A stretch of DNA of 37,129 nucleotides from a virus (taxonomy: Duplodnaviria > Heunggongvirae > Uroviricota > Caudoviricetes), in IMG/VR virus record IMGVR_UViG_2872174743_000010, positions 1 through 37,129 of that record, one strand, 5' to 3'. A program made the position numbers and the translations under genes. Of this stretch, positions 1-8,598 are shown piece after piece. Every line of letters begins with the position of its first letter. Position 1 is the first letter of the stretch. The notes under the pieces were generated by a model that was given only the letters and a program-made list of their open reading frames with translations, was not told the DNA's origin and searched no databases.

Positions 1-375
<375 letters not shown>

Positions 376-547
376 CAGCCAGCTTAATCAGAACCAGCTT
401 ACGCAATGGATTACCCACTTTAATTTCCATTGCTTTTGCCATTAGTTTCATGCTCATATATAGAAACCTCGTCTGGTGCCGAACCTTCCTCCGGATATAA
501 TCTGTGATTCCCCAATCAACAGAACCAGAGGAGGTTCGGCATAAACA

Positions 548-970
548 TCAATGCACAACGACAGAATCGTCGGACGACCCACCACCGCTGAAATGTGCTT
601 TCCGGTAAACGGCCTGAACTGCGTCATCATGCGCATCAATTGCCGTACTCAACGCTTCCTGCGCCGCCAGTAATGCACGGCGTTCCAGGGTATCGAAGAT
701 ACAGAGTCGGTGACGCAGCTCACGCGGAAGAATTGCCAGAACCGCAGGGATCAGTTTCTGAATTTTTTCCCTTTGCGCTTTCGTTTCACCTTTCAACCAA
801 CGGTGATAGATATTCTGCTGATTGTTCCAGTCCTTGCCTGGTACCAGAGGCAATTCGCCGCCCCCCTGCCGCAGATATTCTTCAGTAATTGCGTTAGCGA
901 CCCACGCCTGCCCTTTTTCGGCTGCCAGGGCTAACAGCACTGATTCGATGTGCTCATGCCTGATTTTCAT
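548..970 (-). CDS. YdaT-like prophage protein (CII-like regulator family)
   Basis: 140 aa ORF starting MKIRHEHIE... and ending ...AVVH, resembling Rac YdaT; lies directly downstream of the Cro-like gene with a 17 bp overlap. Confidence 0.6.
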   Translation of the reverse strand: MKIRHEHIESVLLALAAEKGQAWVANAITEEYLRQGGGELPLVPGKDWNNQQNIYHRWLKGETKAQREKIQKLIPAVLAILPRELRHRLCIFDTLERRALLAAQEALSTAIDAHDDAVQAVYRKAHFSGGGSSDDSVVVH

Positions 971-1182
971 GAATCACCTTCCCAGGTCGTTTTGCCTTAC
1001 GATATTCGTCATAAACTTTGGGGTCGTACTGAAGTTCCCCGCCAGATGCCTCTTGCAGGCGCATCGCGCGACCTTCAGGAACCAGTTCCCCCCATGCAGC
1101 AATGCTTGCCAGCCTAACTCCTGCGGCATTGGCAATGCTTTGTTTTGCTGCCAAAAAACGCTATAGCATCAATTTTCAACAT
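954..1182 (-). pseudogene. dicC: DicC/Cro-like repressor, apparently frameshifted after about codon 15
   Basis: Track ORF 954..1154 encodes ...AAGVRLASIAAWGELVPEGRAMRLQEASGGELQYDPKVYDEY..., DicC-like. An ATG near 1182 with an AAGGAG Shine-Dalgarno opens a different frame encoding MLKIDAIAFFGSKTK (a DicC-like N-terminus) that stops after about 22 codons. Confidence 0.5.
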
Positions 1183-1189
1183 ATCGAGC

Positions 1190-1209
1190 TCCTTAGATTT
1201 TCCTAAGGA
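1190..1209. promoter_or_regulatory. Palindromic operator candidate in the divergent dicC/dicA control region
   Basis: TCCTTAGATTTTCCTAAGGA is a near-perfect palindrome between the divergent repressor genes; related CCTAAG/CTTAGG motifs recur near 1228 and downstream of dicA (about 1740 and 1775). Confidence 0.4.
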
Positions 1210-1258
1210 AACTAGATCGTAGAGAAACCTAAGTCAAGAAAAATTAGAATTCCCTAAT

Positions 1259-1666
1259 ATGAAAAACGAAACCTTCGGTGCTCGCCTCTTACATAGGCGT
1301 AAAAAATTAAAACTGTCTCAGGCCGCATTAGGTAAGCTGGTCAAAGTGGCTCACGTAACAATTTCTCAATGGGAAAGAGATGAAACACAGCCGGCGGGGA
1401 AAAGATTATTCGCACTGAGCCAAGCGCTTCAGTGCTCACCGACTTGGCTTCTTTTTGGGGATGAAGATAAACAACCAGGCGAACCGATCCCGGATAATCA
1501 GCCAGCCATTCTGACAGAAGATCAAAAAGAGTTACTTCAACTGTTCGACGCACTGCCTGAGTCAGAGCAAAAGGCCCTGTTGTCAGAGATGCGTGCTCGA
1601 GTTGAAAATTTCAACAAACTTTTTGAAGAACTACTCAAAGCTCGCAAAAGAAGCGCAAACAAATAA
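1259..1666 (+). CDS. dicA: DicA-like HTH (XRE family) repressor
   Basis: 135 aa; contains ...ISQWERDETQPAGKRLFALSQALQCSPTWLLFGDEDKQP...NFNKLFEELLKARKR, close to Qin DicA as remembered. Confidence 0.85.
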   Translation: MKNETFGARLLHRRKKLKLSQAALGKLVKVAHVTISQWERDETQPAGKRLFALSQALQCSPTWLLFGDEDKQPGEPIPDNQPAILTEDQKELLQLFDALPESEQKALLSEMRARVENFNKLFEELLKARKRSANK

Positions 1667-1868
1667 TCCCCTTTTTTCTCCACACCCTGTAATAAAAAGC
1701 ACAAACTTTCAAACACTTGTGTTTTTTACATCAAAAAAACTTAGGTTTTTATACATAAAATCTTAACCCAACACCTTAGGTTATTCTAAATTTCATTCAT
1801 CAAGACACCGCACGGTGTTCTCAGCAAACAGTTCCGCTACCCCGGCGTTAAGGGGAAATGAGGTCAGC

Positions 1869-2021
1869 ATGGATACTATCGATCTTGGCAACAACGAATC
1901 CCTAGTGTGTGGCGTGTTTCCCAATCAGGACGGCACATTCACCGCCATGACGTATACCAAAAGCAAAACGTTTAAAACCGAAGCTGGCGCACGTCGCTGG
2001 CTTGCCAAAAATACCAGCTAA
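1869..2021 (+). CDS. ydfA: YdfA-like small prophage protein (DUF1391-like)
   Basis: From the internal Met: MDTIDLGNNESLVCGVFPNQDGTFTAMTYTKSKTFKTEAGARRWLAKNTS, resembling YdfA, which follows dicA in Qin. Confidence 0.65.
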   Translation: MDTIDLGNNESLVCGVFPNQDGTFTAMTYTKSKTFKTEAGARRWLAKNTS

Positions 2022-2204
2022 TCCATTTATTGGATTAATTCAATATTCTCGCTGTAGAGGTATAGCCGAGGCCACCAAAGCCCGGAGGTGGTGAAATAAA
2101 ACCGGGCACAACACGAAGGCGCATTTCCGGTATTCATAAAGAGTCGGTCTTGTCTGTGAAATTTAAATGGTGGGAGTGCGCTTCCGGTTGTAAATAACGA
2201 CATT

Positions 2205-2264
2205 GCTGTGTGAAGTACCAGTTGGCGGCATCGGTTTAATTGCTGGCTGATGTCCGCCCTTTTT
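2205..2264 (+). ncRNA. dicF: DicF-like sRNA candidate ending in an intrinsic terminator
   Basis: ...AGTTGGCGGCATCGGTTTAATTGCTGGCTGATGTCCGCCC followed by TTTTT; the stem (GGCGG..CCGCCC) and T-run sit where DicF sits in Qin and align with the 3' two thirds of DicF as remembered. The 5' region differs. Confidence 0.4.
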
Positions 2265-2265
2265 A

Positions 2266-2420
2266 AAGTGAATTTTGTGATGCGGTGAATGCGGCTAAGC
2301 GCACGCGGCACAGTTAAAAGTCATGTTAGTCCTTATTGGTTTGGGTGGGAAAGCCGACTGTAATTGTTAACTGGTTAACGTCACCTGGAGGCACTAGGCA
2401 CCGCATCACAAAATTCACTT
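2266..2420. repeat. Perfect 22-bp inverted repeat pair (2266-2287 and 2399-2420) enclosing 111 bp
   Basis: AAGTGAATTTTGTGATGCGGTG and its exact reverse complement CACCGCATCACAAAATTCACTT, anchored to the codons of the overlapping antisense ORFs. Confidence 0.85.
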
Positions 2421-2442
2421 CGGTGATGAAAGGAAAGAGAAA

Positions 2443-2655
2443 ATGTTGAATGTAGCTATTGAAAACCAGAACGGGTGGAATTATAATGCACCTGCACCTC
2501 ATAAAACGGGCGCCGGGATTAGCACCCCGAAAGTTACTCGAGCGCATAACCGCGCTGAAGCGGTTTTTTTTATGCGTAATGCACAGCCACATTCAAATTA
2601 TGGTGAGGCGTGCGGGGCAGCCGCAAGGCTGGCCGGGTTCTCGAGTGACCGGTAG
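2443..2655 (+). CDS. Hypothetical small protein (70 aa)
   Basis: ATG preceded by AGGAAAGAGAAA; no recognisable motif; overlaps the 5' extension of the Rha ORF. Confidence 0.25.
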   Translation: MLNVAIENQNGWNYNAPAPHKTGAGISTPKVTRAHNRAEAVFFMRNAQPHSNYGEACGAAARLAGFSSDR

Positions 2656-2737
2656 TGCTAACCCTGTGCGTCTCACCACCCATGAGATTAGCACCTCTGC
2701 TGGTGAGTTAATTAACTTATCACTTGAGGATGTCATT

Positions 2738-3283
2738 ATGGCTACTACCCTTTCTCACCCTGACGTAACCATCGAAAATGGTCGCGCCGTCACTACTTCT
2801 ATTTCGATTGCTGAGTTTTTTGGCAAGCAGCATCACCATGTTGTTCAAAAAATAGAATCCCTCGAATGTTCTGAACTATTTTTAACCAGCAACTTTTCGC
2901 GGGTTAAATTCGAACACCGCGGCAATTCTTATAACGCCTACCAAATCACCAAAAACGGCTTCGTTTTCCTGGTGATGGGCTTCACGGGCAAAAAAGCCGC
3001 CACATTCAAGGAAGCCTACATTGCTGAGTTCGACCGCATGGAGGCCGAACTGCGCCAGAATAACACCCCACCTGCTGACAAGATGATTCCGGGTGATGGT
3101 CGCACTCTGGTTGTTCACTTCGACAAATTCGGCAATGTCGAATTCACCGAAACCGTTCCTGATGGCGCACTGGTCTGTACCCTGGAGACTTTCCGGTTTT
3201 ATCTGGAAAAACAGGGCTGGACTCTTGTAAACCGGGGCGCAATTAAAAACATGACCGTAGAGCAGTTGCTTTCCTTAAAATAA
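2738..3283 (+). CDS. Rha-family phage regulatory protein
   Basis: From the Met at 2738 (GAGGA upstream): MATTLSHPDVTIENGRAVTTSISIAEFFGKQHHHVVQKIESL...NAYQITKNGFVFLVMGFTGKKAA, the conserved Rha N-terminal domain. Confidence 0.8.
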   Translation: MATTLSHPDVTIENGRAVTTSISIAEFFGKQHHHVVQKIESLECSELFLTSNFSRVKFEHRGNSYNAYQITKNGFVFLVMGFTGKKAATFKEAYIAEFDRMEAELRQNNTPPADKMIPGDGRTLVVHFDKFGNVEFTETVPDGALVCTLETFRFYLEKQGWTLVNRGAIKNMTVEQLLSLK

Positions 3284-3406
3284 AAATGGAGCTATGGATA
3301 TGAACCCCATGCTTGATTATTGTTTTACACCTGCCCTCAGGCTGAGGTAGCCTGAGTTTAACGGACACTCCTTCCTGAAATAGAATGGCATCAGAAGGAG
3401 CTAATA

Positions 3407-3680
3407 ATGAGCAGAAAAAACCAACGTTACTCTAAAGAGTTCAAAGCCGAAGCTGTCAGAACGGTTCTTGAAAATCAACTTTCGATCAGTGAAGGCGCTT
3501 CCCGATTATCCCTTCCTGAAGGCACTTTAGGACAATGGGTTACCGCCGCCAGAAAAGGGCTCGGTACTCCTGGTTCCCGCACGGTGGCTGAACTGGAATC
3601 TGAAATTCTGCAACTGCGTAAGGCGTTAAATGAAGCTCGCCTTGAGCGATATATATTAAAAAAAGCAACAGCGTATTTTG
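3407..3680 (+). pseudogene. IS600 OrfA, truncated at the IS66-family insertion point
   Basis: MSRKNQRYSKEFKAEAVRTVLENQLSISEGASRLSLPEGTLGQWV...ILKKATAYF; contains the A-rich slippery run TTAAAAAAAG; reading continues into the IS66 inverted repeat (GTAAGCG at 3681). Confidence 0.8.
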
Positions 3681-3766
3681 GTAAGCGTAAACTGACCGCC
3701 GTATGTAGCCATTAAGCCTGTATTGGTAACGTAGGTGCCCACCTTTTCAACTAGTGGACACCTGTT

Positions 3767-4186
3767 ATGGAACAGAAAGCATTATCTGCAGAACCCCGCA
3801 GATCATTTTCAAATGAGTTTAAACTTCAAATGGTTAAACTGGCTTCACAACCAGGAGCCTCTGTTGCCCGTATTGTCCGGGAACACGATATCAATGATAA
3901 CCTGCTGTTCAAATGGCTCAGGCTCTGGCAGAACGAAGGGCGCATATCGCGGCGTCTTCCGGTAACAACCTCTTCTGACACTGGCGTTGAATTATTACCT
4001 GTGGAGATAACGCCGGATGAGCCGAAAGAACCGGTGGCTGCTCTTACTCCGTCTTTATCTACTCAGACTACAGTTAGTGCCAGCTCCTGCAAGGTGGAGT
4101 TCCGTCACGGTAACATGACGCTGGAAAATCCTTCACCAGAGCTGCTCACAGTGTTGATCCGTGAACTGACCGGGTGGGGACGATAA
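3767..4186 (+). CDS. tnpA: IS66-family accessory protein TnpA
   Basis: 139 aa with ...FSNEFKLQMVKLASQPGASVARIVREHDINDNLLFKWLR..., the IS66 orf1 pattern; stop overlaps the next gene. Confidence 0.85.
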   Translation: MEQKALSAEPRRSFSNEFKLQMVKLASQPGASVARIVREHDINDNLLFKWLRLWQNEGRISRRLPVTTSSDTGVELLPVEITPDEPKEPVAALTPSLSTQTTVSASSCKVEFRHGNMTLENPSPELLTVLIRELTGWGR

Positions 4187-4533
4187 TCTCACTCCCGTCA
4201 GGCACCCGCATCTGGCTCGTTGCTGGGATAACCGATATGCGTAAGTCTTTCAACGGGCTGGGTGAACAGGTACAGCATGTGCTGAATGATAATCCCTTCT
4301 CCGGTCACCTGTTCATCTTCCGTGGCCGACGGGGTGACATGATTAAAATCCTGTGGGCTGATGCTGATGGTCTGTGCCTGTTCACCAGACGCCTGGAGGA
4401 AGGCCAGTTTATCTGGCCTGCTGTGCGTGACGGCAAGGTATCCATTACCCGCTCGCAACTGGCAATGCTCCTCGATAAGCTGGACTGGCGTCAGCCAAAA
4501 ACATCCCGCCTTAACGCACTGACAATGTTGTAA
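4174..4533 (+). CDS. tnpB: IS66-family TnpB (orf2)
   Basis: GTG start overlapping the tnpA end; ...GTRIWLVAGITDMRKSFNGLGEQV...GHLFIFRGRRGDMIKILWADADGLCLFTRRLEEGQFIWP. Confidence 0.85.
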   Translation: MGTIISLPSGTRIWLVAGITDMRKSFNGLGEQVQHVLNDNPFSGHLFIFRGRRGDMIKILWADADGLCLFTRRLEEGQFIWPAVRDGKVSITRSQLAMLLDKLDWRQPKTSRLNALTML

Positions 4534-4563
4534 AAATGTCATGGCCGGATTATAAAAACGGCC

Positions 4564-6156
4564 ATGAATCAAAAATACCTCATTCGCATTGCAGAACTGG
4601 AATGCCAGCTCCGTCAGAAAGACCAGCAACTGAGTCTGGTTGAAGAGACGGAGGCCTTCCTGCGCTCTGCACTGGCCCGCGCCGAAGAAAAGATCGAAGA
4701 AGATGAACGGGAAATAGAACATCTGCGGGCTCAGATAGAAAAACTGCGCCGGATGCTGTTCGGTACCCGTTCTGAAAAACTGCGTCGTGAAGTTGAACAG
4801 GCTGAGGCCCTGCTGAAACAACGCGAACAGGACAGTGATCGTTACAGTGGGCGGGAAGACGATCCGCAGGTTCCCCGCCAGTTGCGACAGTCTCGTCATC
4901 GTCGCCCGTTACCGGAGCATCTGCCCCGCGAAATAAATCGCCTGGAGCCAGAAGAAAGCTGTTGCCCGGAGTGTGGCGGTGAGCTGGATTATCTGGGGGA
5001 AGTCAGCGCAGAACAACTGGAACTGGTGAGCAGCGCTCTGAAAGTGATCCGCACAGAACGGGTAAAAAAAGCCTGTACAAAATGTGACTGCATCGTTGAA
5101 GCACCGGCACCATCCCGTCCGATAGAGCGTGGTATCGCGGGCCCGGGGTTACTTGCCCGCGTGTTAACGGGAAAATACTGCGAACACCTGCCACTGTATC
5201 GTCAGAGTGAAATTTTTGCCCGTCAGGGTGTCGAACTGAGCCGTGCATTACTCTCCAACTGGGTTGACGCGTGCTGCCAGTTAATGACGCCGCTGAATGA
5301 TGCTCTGTACCGTTATGTGATGAACAGCCGCAAAGTTCACACTGATGACACACCAGTAAAAGTGCTGGCACCGGGCAGGAAGAAGGCGAAAACAGGATAT
5401 ATCTGGACGTATGTCCGGGATGACAGGAATGCCGGTTCGCCAGAGCCTCCGGCGGTCTGGTTCGCCTACTCACCGGACCATCAGGGTAAACATCCGGAGC
5501 AGCACCTTAGTCCCTTCCGGGGTATCCTGCAGGCAGATGCGTTTAATGGTTACGATCGGCTGTTCAGTGCCGAACGAGAAGGCGGCGCGTTGACGGAAGC
5601 AGGATGCTGGGCTCATGCGCGGCGCAAAGTCCACGATGTATATATCAGTACCAAAAGCGCGACAGCGGAAGAAGCCCTGAAACTAATCGGTGAGCTGTAC
5701 GCCATCGAGCACGAAATACGCGGGTTGCCGGTGTCTGAACGCCTGGCGGTCAGGCAAATGCAGAGTAAACCGCTACTGACTTCCCTGTATAAGCTGATGC
5801 AGGAGAAAGAACAGACGTTATCGAAAAAATGCCGTCTGAGAGATGCGTTCCGGTATATCAGGAAGCACTGGGTTGCGTTGTGCAACTTCAGTGATGATGG
5901 TCTGGCTGAGGCGGATAATAATGCCGCGGAAAGAGCGCTTCGTGCAGTCTGTCTCGGAAAGAAAAACTTTATGTTCTTCGGCAGCGATCACGGTGGAGAG
6001 CGTGGTGCGCTACTGTACGGGCTGATCGGCACCTGCCGACTGAACGGTATCGATCCGGAAGCGTATCTGCGCTATATCCTGAGCGTACTGCCGGAATGGC
6101 CTTCCAACCGTGTTGACGAACTCCTGCCATGGAACGTAGCACTCACCAATAAATAA
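4564..6156 (+). CDS. tnpC: IS66-family transposase TnpC
   Basis: 530 aa; coiled-coil N-terminus, CCPECGG zinc motif, DDTPVKVL, WAHARRK, ADNNAAERALR and [15 protein letters not shown] motifs, all characteristic of IS66 transposases. Confidence 0.9.
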   Translation: MNQKYLIRIAELECQLRQKDQQLSLVEETEAFLRSALARAEEKIEEDEREIEHLRAQIEKLRRMLFGTRSEKLRREVEQAEALLKQREQDSDRYSGREDDPQVPRQLRQSRHRRPLPEHLPREINRLEPEESCCPECGGELDYLGEVSAEQLELVSSALKVIRTERVKKACTKCDCIVEAPAPSRPIERGIAGPGLLARVLTGKYCEHLPLYRQSEIFARQGVELSRALLSNWVDACCQLMTPLNDALYRYVMNSRKVHTDDTPVKVLAPGRKKAKTGYIWTYVRDDRNAGSPEPPAVWFAYSPDHQGKHPEQHLSPFRGILQADAFNGYDRLFSAEREGGALTEAGCWAHARRKVHDVYISTKSATAEEALKLIGELYAIEHEIRGLPVSERLAVRQMQSKPLLTSLYKLMQEKEQTLSKKCRLRDAFRYIRKHWVALCNFSDDGLAEADNNAAERALRAVCLGKKNFMFFGSDHGGERGALLYGLIGTCRLNGIDPEAYLRYILSVLPEWPSNRVDELLPWNVALTNK

Positions 6157-6249
6157 GCGTCAATACGGTGCTCCGTTGACGCCTGATATGACTTTCCGTG
6201 TCAAACCGGAATCTCTAATTTTGACGATTTTCTTTTTAGGTTTAATTCC

Positions 6250-6435
6250 CTGAGGGCGACGTAGCAGTAAATCCGACGGTGAATCACGCTGATATTCGCG
6301 GGTTGGATACCGCATTACAGAGGTCCGTCATATGAGCCTGCCACTTTCTTACGTCGCGAATCAGCTTTGTTCCGCCGTCGCCAAGCGCTAACGTGGGTTA
6401 CTCTTGTACCGGGCTACGTCGCCTTCAGGGAACTG
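6250..6435 (-). ncRNA. Candidate structured non-coding RNA (bridge-RNA-like) in the IS110-family non-coding end
   Basis: Non-coding stretch just downstream of the transposase stop with nested complementarity: CCCTGAGGGCGACGTAGC (about 6248-6265) pairs 17 of 18 with GCTACGTCGCCTTCAGGG (about 6413-6430); GCTGATATTCGCG (about 6288-6300) pairs with CGCGAATCAGC (about 6355-6365); repeated TACGTCGC motifs. Strand and ends are inferred, not shown. Confidence 0.3.
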
Positions 6436-6449
6436 GTTATTCTCATTTT

Positions 6450-7577
6450 TTATTTGTGACATTGTGGTTGTTGTGCGACAGACATTGCTATTCGGCCCAT
6501 ATCCCAGATAAAACCCGCCAGCTCACGTGCAACAGCAACAATTGTAATATTGACATTCTTTCCTTTGGCCTGAAGTTTTCGATACCTCTTACAGAGCCTG
6601 AGTTGAGCATCCCATGCTCTGTCAATGACGGGGCGGGGTAAATTTTCCTGCCTTTTTTGTATTGCCGGACTGATGCGTGCCGGATGACGGTAACTCCACG
6701 CTGCCTCGACCAATAGCTTTCTGGCATAGCTGTTTCCGGCTTTGGTAATGCTGCCCTGATGTCTGCTTCCACCCGATGAATATTCTGATGGCGTGATACC
6801 AAACCATGACATCAGTTGTCGTGGATGTTCAAAACGGGTCAGATCACCCAGTTCAGAAATTAATCCAACCGCAGTAATAAACTGAATCCCTCGCATGGCT
6901 TGCAGCGCCTCTACTACCGGATACAGCCTCCATTCGGTAACGGCCTCCTTCAGGGCGGATTCCAGCCGTTCACATTGTGCCTGCCGGTCTTCTATTGTAC
7001 GACGGTGTTCGTCAAAAGCTAATTGTCGCCAGGGACTTTCGAATGAGTATTTGCTGAGCCAGCGTCGGTGTGCAGGGCCCCAATCTGCTCGCCCGACATA
7101 ATGGACCCCATGAACCAGAAGAAACGATTTCAGACGTTGCCTTGCATGCCGTAAATCATCGCGGGCAGATGCCCATGCCCGGGCCAAATCCCGGAATGCC
7201 TCATCTTCAATGCCGGGTACGTAGACAGCAGAAAGATCTCCTGCACGCAGTGAACGCACAAGTCTGATGGCATCACGGCGATCGGTTTTAACCCGCTCCC
7301 CCGGTTTTTTCGGGATAAGTGAGGGGGCGCAGACCATGCAGTCAAAACCGGATTTCACCAGCCGACGATAAAGTCCATAACCACAGGGCCCCGCTTCATA
7401 AACGATACTGACCTGCGATGACTTTGACCTGAGACGTTTACAAAGATTCTGAATATCAGTAGGTGATGTGCCAATTTTACCCATCAGTTCAACAGGTTCT
7501 GAATTGATAGCATAAGCGACAGTAATCGATTCTTTGTGAACATCTAACCCGACGTACAATGTGTTATTGTTGTTCAT
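6450..7577 (-). CDS. IS110-family transposase/recombinase (DEDD type)
   Basis: Start at the Met of MNNNNTLYVGLDVHKESITVAYA (GGAGG-like RBS upstream); N-terminal RuvC-like DEDD region and C-terminal ...GSITKAGNSYARKLLVEAAW... serine-bearing domain typical of IS110/IS1111 transposases. Confidence 0.85.
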   Translation of the reverse strand: MNNNNTLYVGLDVHKESITVAYAINSEPVELMGKIGTSPTDIQNLCKRLRSKSSQVSIVYEAGPCGYGLYRRLVKSGFDCMVCAPSLIPKKPGERVKTDRRDAIRLVRSLRAGDLSAVYVPGIEDEAFRDLARAWASARDDLRHARQRLKSFLLVHGVHYVGRADWGPAHRRWLSKYSFESPWRQLAFDEHRRTIEDRQAQCERLESALKEAVTEWRLYPVVEALQAMRGIQFITAVGLISELGDLTRFEHPRQLMSWFGITPSEYSSGGSRHQGSITKAGNSYARKLLVEAAWSYRHPARISPAIQKRQENLPRPVIDRAWDAQLRLCKRYRKLQAKGKNVNITIVAVARELAGFIWDMGRIAMSVAQQPQCHK

Positions 7578-7779
7578 GCTGGCCTCCGTGGTGGAAATAC
7601 CGGGGGGTAGCAACAGCTCACCCATGCGGCTCTGACAACGATGTTAACCCGCGTTAAATATCCCACGTTGGCCAGCATCTGTCTCACGGAAAGTCATACT
7701 GCCTTACGTATTTTGCACAGGAGTCGCTGATAAATACGCGTTAATCGAACAATGGCGACAACAATTTCCCATTGAAGCG

Positions 7780-8598
7780 ATGTGTCAGGTATTTGGTGTA
7801 TCCAGGAGCGGTTATTACAACTGGGTACAGCATGAACCCTCAGACAGAAAACAAAGTGATGAGCGGCTAAAACTGGAGATTAAGGTGGCACATATCCGCA
7901 CTCGCGAAACATATGGAACCCGGCGGCTCCAGACGGAGCTGGCAGAGAATGGCATCATCGTTGGTCGTGACCGACTGGCACGTCTTCGTAAGGAGCTAAG
8001 GCTACGCTGTAAGCAGAAACGCAAGTTCAGAGCGACTACGAACCCGAACCACAATCTGCCAGTTGCGCCAAATCTGCTGAACCAGACGTTCGCTCCTACA
8101 GCACCAAATCAGGTCTGGGTGGCGGACCTGACGTATGTTGCCACACAGGAGGGATGGTTGTACCTCGCTGGCATCAAAGATGTTTATACGTGCGAAATTG
8201 TCGGCTACGCCATGGGAGAGCGCATGACAAAAGAGCTGACAGGTAAAGCCCTGTTTATGGCGCTCAGGAGCCAGCGCCCACCTGCCGGGTTAATCCACCA
8301 CTCTGATCGAGGTTCACAGTACTGCGCATACGATTACCGGGTCATACAGGAGCAGTCTGGTCTGAAAACATCAATGTCGCGTAAAGGTAACTGTTACGAC
8401 AACGCTCCGATGGAAAGCTTCTGGGGAACGCTGAAAAATGAGAGCCTGAGCCACTATCGTTTTAATAACCGGGATGAAGCCATCTCAGTAATACGGGAAT
8501 ACATTGAGATTTTCTACAATCGTCAGCGTCGTCACTCTCGTCTGGGGAATATCTCCCCGGCAGCCTTCAGGGAAAAATATCATCAGATGGCTGCTTAA
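7780..8598 (+). CDS. IS600 OrfB (DDE catalytic part)
   Basis: MCQVFGVSRSGYYNWV...VWVADLTYV...HHSDRGSQYCA...NCYDNAPMESFWGTLKNE..., the IS3-family integrase core; the orfB frame is open upstream from about 7648, as expected for an OrfAB fusion. Confidence 0.85.
   Translation: MCQVFGVSRSGYYNWVQHEPSDRKQSDERLKLEIKVAHIRTRETYGTRRLQTELAENGIIVGRDRLARLRKELRLRCKQKRKFRATTNPNHNLPVAPNLLNQTFAPTAPNQVWVADLTYVATQEGWLYLAGIKDVYTCEIVGYAMGERMTKELTGKALFMALRSQRPPAGLIHHSDRGSQYCAYDYRVIQEQSGLKTSMSRKGNCYDNAPMESFWGTLKNESLSHYRFNNRDEAISVIREYIEIFYNRQRRHSRLGNISPAAFREKYHQMAA

Larger units (their letters stand above)
6187..7699 (-). mobile_element. IS110-family element nested in the right end of IS66 copy 1
   Basis: A DEDD-type transposase ORF flanked by non-coding ends; the outer limits are set by a 14-bp inverted repeat (TATGACTTTCCGTG at 6187-6200, CACGGAAAGTCATA at 7686-7699). 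Whether that repeat belongs to the element or to a palindromic target is unresolved. Confidence 0.55.
3681..7707 (+). mobile_element. IS66-family element (copy 1) carrying a nested IS110-family element
   Basis: Starts GTAAGCGTAAACTGACCGCCG and ends ...CTGCCTTAC; flanked by an 8-bp direct repeat GTATTTTG (3673-3680 and about 7708-7715), the target duplication size expected for IS66-family elements. Confidence 0.75.

Noticed and set aside
476-542. Imperfect inverted repeat (CCGAACCTTCCTC / GAGGAGGTTCGG) downstream of the YdaT-like gene as a terminator or sRNA
   Set aside because: Long loop, no U-run, and overlapped by a weak 61-aa ORF; insufficient evidence for any specific function.
2027-2592. 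Minus-strand ORFs of 94 and 88 aa overlapping the DicF-like and inverted-repeat region
   Set aside because: They are the antisense translation of the sRNA terminator and the 22-bp repeats; more likely non-coding.
4198-4899. 233-aa minus-strand ORF inside IS66 copy 1
   Set aside because: Lies antisense within tnpB/tnpC; no motifs; typical shadow ORF of a coding region.
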